Positions 49,452 through 58,374 of a stretch of 64,000 nucleotides of DNA are shown here, piece after piece; the stretch's first letter is position 1, and every line of letters begins with the position of its first letter. This DNA comes from a virus (lineage: Duplodnaviria; Caudoviricetes). The position numbers and the translations under genes were made by a program. Where the stretch lies: positions 32,001 to 96,000 of the IMG/VR virus record IMGVR_UViG_3300014204_000129. The stretch is one strand, 5' to 3'. Below the pieces are notes generated by a model, which was given only the letters and a program-made list of their open reading frames with translations, searched no databases and was not told the DNA's origin.

Positions 49452-51773
49452 TTATCCTAAGTAACCCCAGACACCACGATGGTCCGCAACAGCGTAGCCG
49501 AAGATAAACCGAATCTTCAGATAGACCTTATCAGCAGTATAACCACTACCACTGTTAGGAGCCTCGAAGAATAGTTCAGGAGTATCCTTTCCATTCAGGA
49601 AACCAACTTCTATAGTGGGAACAAGGTTCGGGTCCGCAACCATGAACCACCATGTAGTATGTGTAGTCCAGTAATCAATAACTATGATCTCAAACGAGCC
49701 CTTTACCGAGTTAGGTACATATACGCTAGAGGCATTATAGTAGAAGTCACCATCACGAATCTGCTTCGCAGTTGCTTCTAGGGCAGGCGGAACAACCATG
49801 TACTTGGGCCGAATCGACAGGGCCATGCTCGAAGACGAAAGTGCTGTCTGTGTGCGCATAGCGGTAATCGCAGCTGCTACATTAGCCGCTGATAGTGTCG
49901 TACCAGAGCCCTTGTTACTATGGGTACTATCAAACCACGCTGTACTATCATACGTAGTAGTCGGGTTGGTATCAAACACATCGAATATTGTCTTGTACAG
50001 GGTCAACTTCGCTGCCATTGCTAGTTTCTTAGGGATCTGGGCAAGTGCACCAATGTCATCATTGACAGCCTTCTCGAAAGTATAACTCTCAAGCTGACCT
50101 TTCTTGGTTGCTACATAGCTCGCCTCTTCCTCACTGGGGCTTGTAGGCTCAGTATAAGGATTACCTTCAGCAACTGTAGGCAGTACATCATAGAAACCTA
50201 GCCGCTCAACATACTGGTTCTTAAAGTCAGCTACATTACGAGTATTGCTAACGACCAGCCGCCACTCATCTAGTGTCGGTATCTGATATTCCTTTACTAA
50301 CATACGATGTAGTGTATTGCCAATCGCTGTAGACCACGTAACACTCTCACGTATGCGTGTTAACGGATCAGCGTTAGCCTGTAAGGCCATCATAATGCCC
50401 TGTGCAATCTCATCCCTACTAAGATCAAACGGGTTGACGCCGTTGAACTCCAGGTACGACTCGTGTAGAGAACGATACGGACGTATATTATCAACCATCT
50501 TGCCGGTCAGTAGCCCCTCTAGGGCCTTCTGGCGCCGATCAAAGTCGTTGGTAGAACGCCATGTATTAACCGCAACACGACTTTCCTCAATGACCCTCGC
50601 ATACACATCCTTCTCTATCGTAATCTCGTCTTCTAGTGTCTTTGCCTCAAAGGTAGTGCCCGCATACTTCTTATAGATCTTTGTCTTTACCGGAGCAGGT
50701 AGCTGGCTATTTTCCAGCTGCTCAGATAGAACTCGTGCACATGCTTCAATATCAAGGCGCTTTGCTAACTTCTCAAGCTGCTCTTGCACAGCCCCCATAT
50801 CACTGCCTTCCTTAGGTGTGATAACGGGAATATGCTGGGAACCTGCCGCAACACCATCAACTACAGGCTGTACTGTAGTAACAGTTTCCGGGCCGGGCTC
50901 AACTAATCGCTCTTCAATCTTCTCATTATCCATTATAATTTCCTCCGAAATACTTCCTTGCTTACGAACAGATTCATACATAGCGATAGCTGCGGATTCG
51001 GACAGCCCGGCAATGCCGCCTCCAGCCGCAGGCTCTGCAACTAAATCAACACTCTCAATCTTACCAATCTTCTTTATCACGTAAAGCTGCTCTTCACCGT
51101 ACTGCTCAAGAACCCCCTCACCTTGGCCAATTATTGATAGACCAATAAGATCAGGACGGTTGCGTTCGTACATTTCTAGCAAGAACGGGTGAAAAGCTGA
51201 GCTTTCCATAACATTTAATATAGCATCTACTGATCCACTTACATCGGACCAGTGAGCTTCCTCAAACCACCCAACAACGTCACGTACCGATCTTCCCATA
51301 TCAAAATAGTCAGGATGATCTGCATAACATTTTACGCCTTCGAATAGTGAAACAGCTGCCTTCAGTACTTCCTCAGGATATACCCTGTAATTGAGAGAAC
51401 GTCCAGCCTTAATAAGACGGGCCTTCCAACGTAATCCCTTCTTAGGAGTGCCTTCCTCAGGAGCCTCTGCCTCTAGCAAAACAGCCTCAAATAGTAACCT
51501 CTTTGGCTGCTCTACTTTCTCTAGGAAGGTATAATTATGTATACCAACGCTGCTAAGAGCTTCCTGTAGTTTACTGAGGCATTTAGCAATATTTAGATCC
51601 TCTTTATATACTTTGTTAAGGTATGTAATAGCATCAAATAAAGAGACTAGGTCATTGCTAGTTACTTCTTTTAGGGTTCCTAAGTATCCCTTTATAGAAG
51701 TTATAGGTTCCTGTGCATCCTCAGGGAGTATGCCCAGTATTTCTTTGATTGTAGAAGTTATCTCTTCATACAT
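49452..51773 (-). CDS. fused prohead protease-scaffold-major capsid protein (Mu gpT-like HK97 fold)
   Basis: protease YADH, IGLSI, SVDLV.EPAAGG; capsid V.DFK, V.EG.PY, NDD.GA, P.Y.VVPP.LE, GFLNG...P. Confidence 0.88.
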   Translation of the reverse strand: MYEEITSTIKEILGILPEDAQEPITSIKGYLGTLKEVTSNDLVSLFDAITYLNKVYKEDLNIAKCLSKLQEALSSVGIHNYTFLEKVEQPKRLLFEAVLLEAEAPEEGTPKKGLRWKARLIKAGRSLNYRVYPEEVLKAAVSLFEGVKCYADHPDYFDMGRSVRDVVGWFEEAHWSDVSGSVDAILNVMESSAFHPFLLEMYERNRPDLIGLSIIGQGEGVLEQYGEEQLYVIKKIGKIESVDLVAEPAAGGGIAGLSESAAIAMYESVRKQGSISEEIIMDNEKIEERLVEPGPETVTTVQPVVDGVAAGSQHIPVITPKEGSDMGAVQEQLEKLAKRLDIEACARVLSEQLENSQLPAPVKTKIYKKYAGTTFEAKTLEDEITIEKDVYARVIEESRVAVNTWRSTNDFDRRQKALEGLLTGKMVDNIRPYRSLHESYLEFNGVNPFDLSRDEIAQGIMMALQANADPLTRIRESVTWSTAIGNTLHRMLVKEYQIPTLDEWRLVVSNTRNVADFKNQYVERLGFYDVLPTVAEGNPYTEPTSPSEEEASYVATKKGQLESYTFEKAVNDDIGALAQIPKKLAMAAKLTLYKTIFDVFDTNPTTTYDSTAWFDSTHSNKGSGTTLSAANVAAAITAMRTQTALSSSSMALSIRPKYMVVPPALEATAKQIRDGDFYYNASSVYVPNSVKGSFEIIVIDYWTTHTTWWFMVADPNLVPTIEVGFLNGKDTPELFFEAPNSGSGYTADKVYLKIRFIFGYAVADHRGVWGYLG

Positions 51774-51795
51774 TATATATTTCTCCCCTACTATT

Positions 51796-51808
51796 ATTAT
51801 AGCACATC
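51796..51808 (-). promoter_or_regulatory. GATGTGNTATAAT motif upstream of the capsid gene
   Basis: GATGTGCTATAAT followed by a GGGGAG RBS. Confidence 0.65.
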
Positions 51809-51820
51809 AATGGTAAAAAT

Positions 51821-53194
51821 TTATACTTTCTGGTACACATATTTAGAAAGTTGTTTAATTGATAGATCTTTTATGGTTACTTCCCAGTTATGAGTAAGAT
51901 CTGTGTGTATAAAATCTCTTCTAGTTGTTTGTGATAGACCAATTATAAGTATCCCCCCCTCTTTTAGATTCTTATCTACGAGTTTAGATAATATTTGCTT
52001 AGGATTAGGAGCATACTCTAGAACATCTATTATAGATATTATATCATACTTACCTGATAAAAAGTTTGTAAAAGTGATAGTGCCAGGCGCTTGTACAGTA
52101 CTTGCATATAGTTGTGCATATCTTAGTAAGTGATCCGATATATCATAGTGTGTTACATTCCAGCCACGGCTTGCTAACAGTACAGCTTCCGTGCCTATAC
52201 CACCACCAAAGATTAATGCCTTACCCTCACCCTTTGGGGTAATGATTGTCGAATAGGCATCATGTATTATTCCAGCAAATGTGGGGCTGGTAGCCCATGA
52301 TAGCTGGTCTAATATATATGCATCAGTATTAAGTATTCCTAAACCAAGTTCTTTCCAAGTAGTATGTAATGTCTTAGCATTCTCACATATGCGCTGATTA
52401 AGACCCTCATAGTCTGTATTAAAGTATCGAGCAGCAGTAACCATGTGATTATGCAAGACTCTTGCTCTGAACATTACCTCATCTTCTCTGTGGATCTCCA
52501 TAAAATCTCTAAAGGTTATTGCTTGGGAAGTTAAATGTCCGCACTGGATAGACATATCTAGGTATATCTTGAAGCCTTCCTCAGTGGCTGCTAAGCAAAA
52601 ATAGTAATCTTCTGAGCAATCTCTTTTGAATGAGAACCAATCTTTACCTATTTTATCAAGTACTGATCTGTGTATTAATAAGCATCCTGCACCACACCCA
52701 CCAATCTCCAGTAGTGCCTCTTCATCTGATGCATCAAAGTATGCACACTGATTATCTATATTATCAAAACCATGCTTCTTTATAAAATTCCATATTGGAT
52801 CACTTATAGGCATAAAGGTTGGAATACCTAGTATTTCTCCAATATAGTTAGAGGCTACTGGTAGCATGAATTCGAGGTCTCGGTTGAAGTAGACTCCAGA
52901 TAGAACCTTTATATTATTACGTTCTGCACGCTCTATCATCTTATCTATTAAATTAGGGGGGAAGTACATATCAGTGTCTAAGCATAGTACCCACTCTACA
53001 TCTGGATATGATAGTGCTTTAGCCATTAGTCCGTTTCTATTTGCGGATAGGAGGGTACCGCTATTATATAGTGGAATTACTCTATGATTCTTAGTACCCT
53101 CCATTACACGCACTCTGCTGTCCCAACATGAGGCTATATTTGTAAATTCCTGTCTAGGCATTGCTACTGCAACAACACTCATGTTAACTCTCAT
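51821..53194 (-). CDS. GT-A glycosyltransferase + class I methyltransferase fusion
   Basis: LDTDM, GAGCLLIHRSV, SEDYYFC; C-terminal IFGGGIG, YDI, DVLEY, L..GG. Confidence 0.85.
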   Translation of the reverse strand: MRVNMSVVAVAMPRQEFTNIASCWDSRVRVMEGTKNHRVIPLYNSGTLLSANRNGLMAKALSYPDVEWVLCLDTDMYFPPNLIDKMIERAERNNIKVLSGVYFNRDLEFMLPVASNYIGEILGIPTFMPISDPIWNFIKKHGFDNIDNQCAYFDASDEEALLEIGGCGAGCLLIHRSVLDKIGKDWFSFKRDCSEDYYFCLAATEEGFKIYLDMSIQCGHLTSQAITFRDFMEIHREDEVMFRARVLHNHMVTAARYFNTDYEGLNQRICENAKTLHTTWKELGLGILNTDAYILDQLSWATSPTFAGIIHDAYSTIITPKGEGKALIFGGGIGTEAVLLASRGWNVTHYDISDHLLRYAQLYASTVQAPGTITFTNFLSGKYDIISIIDVLEYAPNPKQILSKLVDKNLKEGGILIIGLSQTTRRDFIHTDLTHNWEVTIKDLSIKQLSKYVYQKV

Positions 53195-54443
53195 CCATTA
53201 TCATAGTATTCAACATACCTATAATAGGCTTAACTTCTTCGTCACTAATAATACCAGACTGAAGAGCCCTTCCATAAGCATCCAATAGACGCGCAACTGC
53301 ACCAGCAACTCTTTGTATATCTTTAATACCAAGTTTCTGTGTATTACATTTTACCACATACTTACGCTTACCAATAGCTCCCTTATCTACACTATTCTGT
53401 ATAACGAAGGTTAGTATGGTTTCAAAGCAAGAGGCTAAGTATAGCTGTACGTTTTCTATAGCTTTTATTCCTGCGTTAGTAGATTCAGAGATATTACGAG
53501 CAGGGCTGCCTGTAAATATATCCATAGTCAAAGCAGCGCAATTGAGCGCTAGTTGAAGGAAGAATTCACTGACCTCACTACTACCAGCACTGGTGCTACT
53601 ACTAGAGAGCACTGACCATGTGGCGCGTTCATTATGGGCAATGAGAGAATTAGGCGGGGGTGGCTGCCTACTGCGATCCGCAAGGAACTTCTTAATATCT
53701 GTCTCTGACTTACCCATTAAATTTACATCAATCCATACACTGTCTTTGAAAGCACTACCACGCATCTTAGCAAATAGATAGGCTTGTAGTTCTGCAACCC
53801 AATCTAATGCAGAGCATAAATAGGGAACACCACGCAACATATCACCAATATTATTTAATGATAGATAGAAAGAGTTACCAATAATCTTATCTACAACTGC
53901 ATCATATCTAAGTAATTCATACTCTTTATTAGTGCCACTCTCCGTGCTTACTACAACTTTACCCGGCTTACGATAATCTGACTTTTGTGGAGTAACTTCT
54001 AGGATAGCCGTACTACCTACAGTGGTTACATAGGTCTTTCCACTAATATTGTTTACATCAAATACCCAGAGTAGTTCGCCGGTGTCTAATAATTCTAATA
54101 TCCATTTACGTAGGCTTTCAGATATCTTATTAGGGTGCCCAGTCCAGAACTCTTCCATAACTTGCTGACTCTTACCAGCTTTCTGCTCAGGTTGTATTGT
54201 AAATGTAAAGTTAGCACTAACAACGAAATCCGCTAATATCTCTATCATCCTATGATAGATAAAGTTAGTATAGTAGTAATCTAAACTTAATTCACGGGCC
54301 TGCTGTTGCTTCTCAGGATCAAGTGGCAGTGTTACACCGCTACCGCCTATTGCAAGAAACAGGTGTGAATCACCATCTTTATGATTACTAGTATCCTCTG
54401 CCTCATATATAACTATCTGCTTCTGCTGATTTATCCAAGGCAT
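53184..54443 (-). CDS. portal protein
   Basis: position after terminase; GEL, RGVPYL; size. Confidence 0.75.
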   Translation of the reverse strand: MPWINQQKQIVIYEAEDTSNHKDGDSHLFLAIGGSGVTLPLDPEKQQQARELSLDYYYTNFIYHRMIEILADFVVSANFTFTIQPEQKAGKSQQVMEEFWTGHPNKISESLRKWILELLDTGELLWVFDVNNISGKTYVTTVGSTAILEVTPQKSDYRKPGKVVVSTESGTNKEYELLRYDAVVDKIIGNSFYLSLNNIGDMLRGVPYLCSALDWVAELQAYLFAKMRGSAFKDSVWIDVNLMGKSETDIKKFLADRSRQPPPPNSLIAHNERATWSVLSSSSTSAGSSEVSEFFLQLALNCAALTMDIFTGSPARNISESTNAGIKAIENVQLYLASCFETILTFVIQNSVDKGAIGKRKYVVKCNTQKLGIKDIQRVAGAVARLLDAYGRALQSGIISDEEVKPIIGMLNTMIMDES

Positions 54444-54796
54444 TATAATCTCCTAATCTGCGCATATATAGACAGTGGATTACCATACTTCATCCGTAAA
54501 GTAACACGCACTCCTTCTACATAATTAAACTGTAGCATATAGGCAGGTTCTGTCTGCTTATTAGTTAATTCTGTTAAACAAAAAACTCTCCAGAAATCAT
54601 TAATAGGTACTTCTACCATTATCTCTAATACATCACCATTTACCATATTATTAAGGTCAGCAATAACTACATAACTGCCCCCACCAACTAACTCACCAAC
54701 AATATATTTATCAGCTATATTTATTGTCTGAGAAAAGTCTACGAGTGCTGCTGTCGAATAGCCTGCTAACCGAGAATGTTGAGTCCTGCCCACCAT
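54443..54796 (-). CDS. hypothetical protein
   Basis: between terminase and portal. Confidence 0.6.
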   Translation of the reverse strand: MVGRTQHSRLAGYSTAALVDFSQTINIADKYIVGELVGGGSYVVIADLNNMVNGDVLEIMVEVPINDFWRVFCLTELTNKQTEPAYMLQFNYVEGVRVTLRMKYGNPLSIYAQIRRL

Positions 54797-57359
54797 ATAC
54801 TCCTTCTGTAATTCTTTTTAATTCTCCATAATTGACTGCTGTATTTTCATACTCAGTGGCGGCTTCCCCACCAACAGTCATTCCTTCATACGCCTTTTCT
54901 GTAGCATCTAATATATCATCACGAGAACTACCAGTAAATGCTAACCACTGTTTTATAAATAATTCTGATTTGTAGGTTGGAAGGTACCCGCCCTCCTCAA
55001 CATTAGCAGGTAATAGTATTTTTTTAGCCTTAAATCTTTCTGCTAATAGTTGTATTCGGATGCTCTTGGGTATACTGCTAGCCGAAGCTCGCACATAAGA
55101 GGTAACTGCGGAAGCAATAAGAGCATGGAGTCCCCCTCTATCCTCTACATTTATCAATGCAGGTCTATATAACTCTGATAACTCTTTAACTATAGCTACT
55201 TGTGTTTCTAATCCATATTGGCCAGTTAGTATATCAACAACATATCCTTGACCTAAACTATCTTGGCCTATCACAACAGCAGCAAATTCATCTGAGCCAC
55301 CCTCTTTATCACAGGGGTCTACACCAATATAATAGACTAAGGACTCCGGGGTTACTTCTTCTAGGTAGAAAGATAACCAGTCTGGATTGAGGGAGGCTTG
55401 TGGGGCAATTGGCTGTTGCAAGTATTGAGCGCGGTAGAAGAGTGGGTTACTCTCACTCTCTTTACGAAGCTGCTCACTATTTATAAACTCTGGCCACAAT
55501 GGCTTATCTACTGGGGCAGCCATTTCTATTATCTTCCAATCTGGGTTCTTCTTTATATCTTCATAGAGATCACCCGTGTAGAAACGACTACCGCTTAAGA
55601 TTACTTGGCCACCTGGGTCTACACGCTTATGAAGCTCAGCCCAGAATGTTTGGGTAATCTGTTGTCGCATAGTGTGACTGAGAGTATTCTTTTGTGTTAT
55701 TAGATCATCACAGTTCTTTGCCGCTACCTGAGCAGTTATGTAGGTGTGATTTGGGGTAACACTGAGATTATACACCAGGCCAGAATATATATTAGTAGAT
55801 ATACTGCTTATTGGTAAATATACGTTCTTCTCATCGAACCAATATTTACTCTTACCTTGCTCACCATCTAGCACCCAACCTGCAATTCGTATCTCCCACT
55901 TATTAGCAGTGCTATGTATTTTTCTACCCCCAATATCTGCGTGTTTGCTTGAGACATTCATAACAGATAATGGCCAACCAAATTTAAACCCTAACTGACG
56001 TAATGACCATAGTAGATTTAAGGATACAGAAATTGCTCTATACCCAGACTGGTGTGACATTGCACAACCATCGCCGTCTACATAACCTCGTATAAGCTCC
56101 CGTGCAGATTCTTTGTCTAACCAATTAATTATTTCTAGGGGAATGTACTTACTATAGCAATCTCTTCCAAATTGTCCAAGAAATCTTGTGAACCTAGCAG
56201 AATGTATATGTAGTGTTGTGACAGTTCCGTGTGGTTGTATACTTGTTTTACACCCAAGGGTGCTATTGGCCACAGCACAGACCTTATTAATAATATCTTT
56301 GTCCTTCTCACTATTTAAACTAATAACTACTTGACTTCCGCTTTTATGTCCGTCTGCTAAGTATAACCCTACCAGCCACCAGAAGTCTGAATTAGTATAA
56401 TTAAATGGTCTATTCCAATTACAATATGTGTCTGGGATGAGGGGCCCAACACGCTCTGTTTCCAACTTACGCGGGAGTACAAGACAGTATTCCTCAGGTT
56501 TAAGATTACCTGCTGGAACCTTTTCTATCTCATAATTATTATAGCAGAGATGACAAGATCTTGTGCCTCTACGTTCATGAATACAGTTTTCCCAACACCA
56601 ACGATTTAGCGCAGTGCCACGAGGAAGTGAACAACGGTCTCTACGCAATACAAATAGAGGATGATTTGGTGTCACACGCAAGGGAATCGGCCACCCGTGC
56701 GCCTTAATAGTTATTAATTCACCTGTATAATTCCTCTGGAACACTTTTTCTACCGTACCAATACTGCCATCACATGTATATATCCTAGCACCAAGATTGA
56801 CTTTACTTATCGGCACCAAGCCCGTAATCGTACTAATGTTTGTGTCAGGTGTAAAACATAATATCAAGTCTACACGATACCCTAGTATGCCACCCCCTAT
56901 ACCATAAGAAATAAGATTGGGGTCTTTGTGTAAGGGATCATAATATAGTACTCGTTTATTATGTGTCCAAGCTTGCCCTGTGGTCTTAGTATTTTCTGGT
57001 ATAACTTTACCTAATATATCTTCTGATCTTGGGCTCGCTAAGATATTACATACATATTTCATAATATCACTAGCAAGACTGCTGTTGTGACTAACAATCA
57101 TTATACGTGTATGATATTTAGTACCAAGGCACCAAGCAGCATATGTAGCCATAGTTGTGGTCTTAGCGTGCCCAGGAGGTAACAGGATGAGTAATCGAGG
57201 GATATTAGGCATCTCACGTACAGTATCTCTCCAGAAGCTTGGTATACTTCTTCCAAAGACGGTATCATAGTAATCTTCAAAAGATATTATGTTATCTTTC
57301 TTCTCTATTATTTTATTTGTGAATAGCTCTAGTTCCTGAAGCAGTATATCATTACTCAT
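54711..57359 (-). CDS. terL: terminase large subunit, intein-containing
   Basis: PPGHAKTT; Walker B DLIL-CDD after splicing; YLQQP, GVDP, DD.LDA. Confidence 0.92.
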   Translation of the reverse strand: MSNDILLQELELFTNKIIEKKDNIISFEDYYDTVFGRSIPSFWRDTVREMPNIPRLLILLPPGHAKTTTMATYAAWCLGTKYHTRIMIVSHNSSLASDIMKYVCNILASPRSEDILGKVIPENTKTTGQAWTHNKRVLYYDPLHKDPNLISYGIGGGILGYRVDLILCFTPDTNISTITGLVPISKVNLGARIYTCDGSIGTVEKVFQRNYTGELITIKAHGWPIPLRVTPNHPLFVLRRDRCSLPRGTALNRWCWENCIHERRGTRSCHLCYNNYEIEKVPAGNLKPEEYCLVLPRKLETERVGPLIPDTYCNWNRPFNYTNSDFWWLVGLYLADGHKSGSQVVISLNSEKDKDIINKVCAVANSTLGCKTSIQPHGTVTTLHIHSARFTRFLGQFGRDCYSKYIPLEIINWLDKESARELIRGYVDGDGCAMSHQSGYRAISVSLNLLWSLRQLGFKFGWPLSVMNVSSKHADIGGRKIHSTANKWEIRIAGWVLDGEQGKSKYWFDEKNVYLPISSISTNIYSGLVYNLSVTPNHTYITAQVAAKNCDDLITQKNTLSHTMRQQITQTFWAELHKRVDPGGQVILSGSRFYTGDLYEDIKKNPDWKIIEMAAPVDKPLWPEFINSEQLRKESESNPLFYRAQYLQQPIAPQASLNPDWLSFYLEEVTPESLVYYIGVDPCDKEGGSDEFAAVVIGQDSLGQGYVVDILTGQYGLETQVAIVKELSELYRPALINVEDRGGLHALIASAVTSYVRASASSIPKSIRIQLLAERFKAKKILLPANVEEGGYLPTYKSELFIKQWLAFTGSSRDDILDATEKAYEGMTVGGEAATEYENTAVNYGELKRITEGVYGGQDSTFSVSRLFDSSTRRLFSDNKYS
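55713..56858 (-). mobile_element. intein with LAGLIDADG endonuclease (382 aa) in terminase Walker B
   Basis: LIL|CFTPDT...TPNHP...GLYLADG...RGYVDGDG...VYNLSV...AAKN|CDD. Confidence 0.92.
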
Positions 57360-57630
57360 TATTAACTATCTCTAATAATTCCTCTGCAAGAATAGCAGGA
57401 AACTTTATGTTCTCTCCAGGATTTAATATCATTGTATTCTCATCTGCATAGTCTTCTGGAGTAGCATGTTTACTTTGTACTACCTTACGTGGGTACCCTT
57501 TGGGTATATTATTCATAGCTAACCAGACCACATAGGCTCGGAATAGATCAGGAGCAGTTGTACGGTACTTCTCACACAGATTGTCTACAGTTTCTTCTAA
57601 CTTGTTCTCTAGTTTAATCGTTACTATCAT
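57352..57630 (-). CDS. RHH-like DNA-binding protein directly upstream of terL
   Basis: N-terminal strand-helix-helix pattern; paralog of 3876..4058. Confidence 0.6.
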   Translation of the reverse strand: MIVTIKLENKLEETVDNLCEKYRTTAPDLFRAYVVWLAMNNIPKGYPRKVVQSKHATPEDYADENTMILNPGENIKFPAILAEELLEIVNNE

Positions 57631-57636
57631 ACTTAT

Positions 57637-57665
57637 ATTATATCACATCCTGTCAAGAAATTCAA
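57637..57665 (-). promoter_or_regulatory. promoter of the packaging operon
   Basis: TTGAAT-17 nt-TATAAT containing GATGTGATATAAT. Confidence 0.7.
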
Positions 57666-57689
57666 CAGTATTTGAAATAATTTTAGGCA

Positions 57690-57721
57690 AAAAAATAGGG
57701 AGGATGGTTAGTCCCCCCTAC
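57690..57721 (-). terminator. intrinsic terminator
   Basis: TAGGGGGGA...TCCTCCCTA followed by T7. Confidence 0.7.
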
Positions 57722-57731
57722 TGCTTGCCTA

Positions 57732-58238
57732 TTAGTTACAAGGAGTATACCAGAAGTTAAACTCTAGCTTCTCATCATCACCAGCACCATCGTTAAGTGC
57801 GGTAGCATCTAAATGCTTCCAAGAGAAGTATAGTGTAGCGAGACTGTGGAATGGTATAGGTTGGTCTGCGACTGCGGCCATACCTCCACCCGTGTCCACT
57901 ACCCAATCCGCTGCCTGCACGTCCACAATGCCCAGCACCTTTGCCCAGGCTGCTGCTGAGAGCGCCGTATCACCAGAAGTTACTGAAGGGTCCCCATCAA
58001 AGATAATCAGTTTGCCAGCACTGTCCTGAATGGCACCTGTGCCCGCCTCTGTAGCATAGAAATTAAAGTATTCTATTAGACCGGAAGTTGTCTCTGTAAG
58101 AGCTACCCCAACACTTCCACTATAATCATTTTGATCAATCTGTTCATTAATACCAACAAGTTCTGTGATACCACCTTCTAATTTAGCAGGATTACGTTTT
58201 ACATCTACAGCCTGCCCATAAGTTTCATAATCAACCAT
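57732..58238 (-). CDS. acidic hypothetical protein, monocistronic
   Basis: AGGAG RBS; TG-TATAAT upstream; terminators on both sides. Confidence 0.8.
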   Translation of the reverse strand: MVDYETYGQAVDVKRNPAKLEGGITELVGINEQIDQNDYSGSVGVALTETTSGLIEYFNFYATEAGTGAIQDSAGKLIIFDGDPSVTSGDTALSAAAWAKVLGIVDVQAADWVVDTGGGMAAVADQPIPFHSLATLYFSWKHLDATALNDGAGDDEKLEFNFWYTPCN

Positions 58239-58313
58239 ATATAATAACTCCTATATAAGTATATACTTATATTATATCATATAATCTATGTGAAATGTGC
58301 TATATTTTTGGAC

Positions 58314-58349
58314 AAAAAAATACCCAAGGCAGATTGAGTGCCTTGGGTA
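58314..58349 (-). terminator. intrinsic terminator after polA
   Basis: TACCCAAGGCA/TGCCTTGGGTA followed by T7. Confidence 0.85.
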
Positions 58350-58374
58350 GTATACTAATTTAGTATTATTTGTT

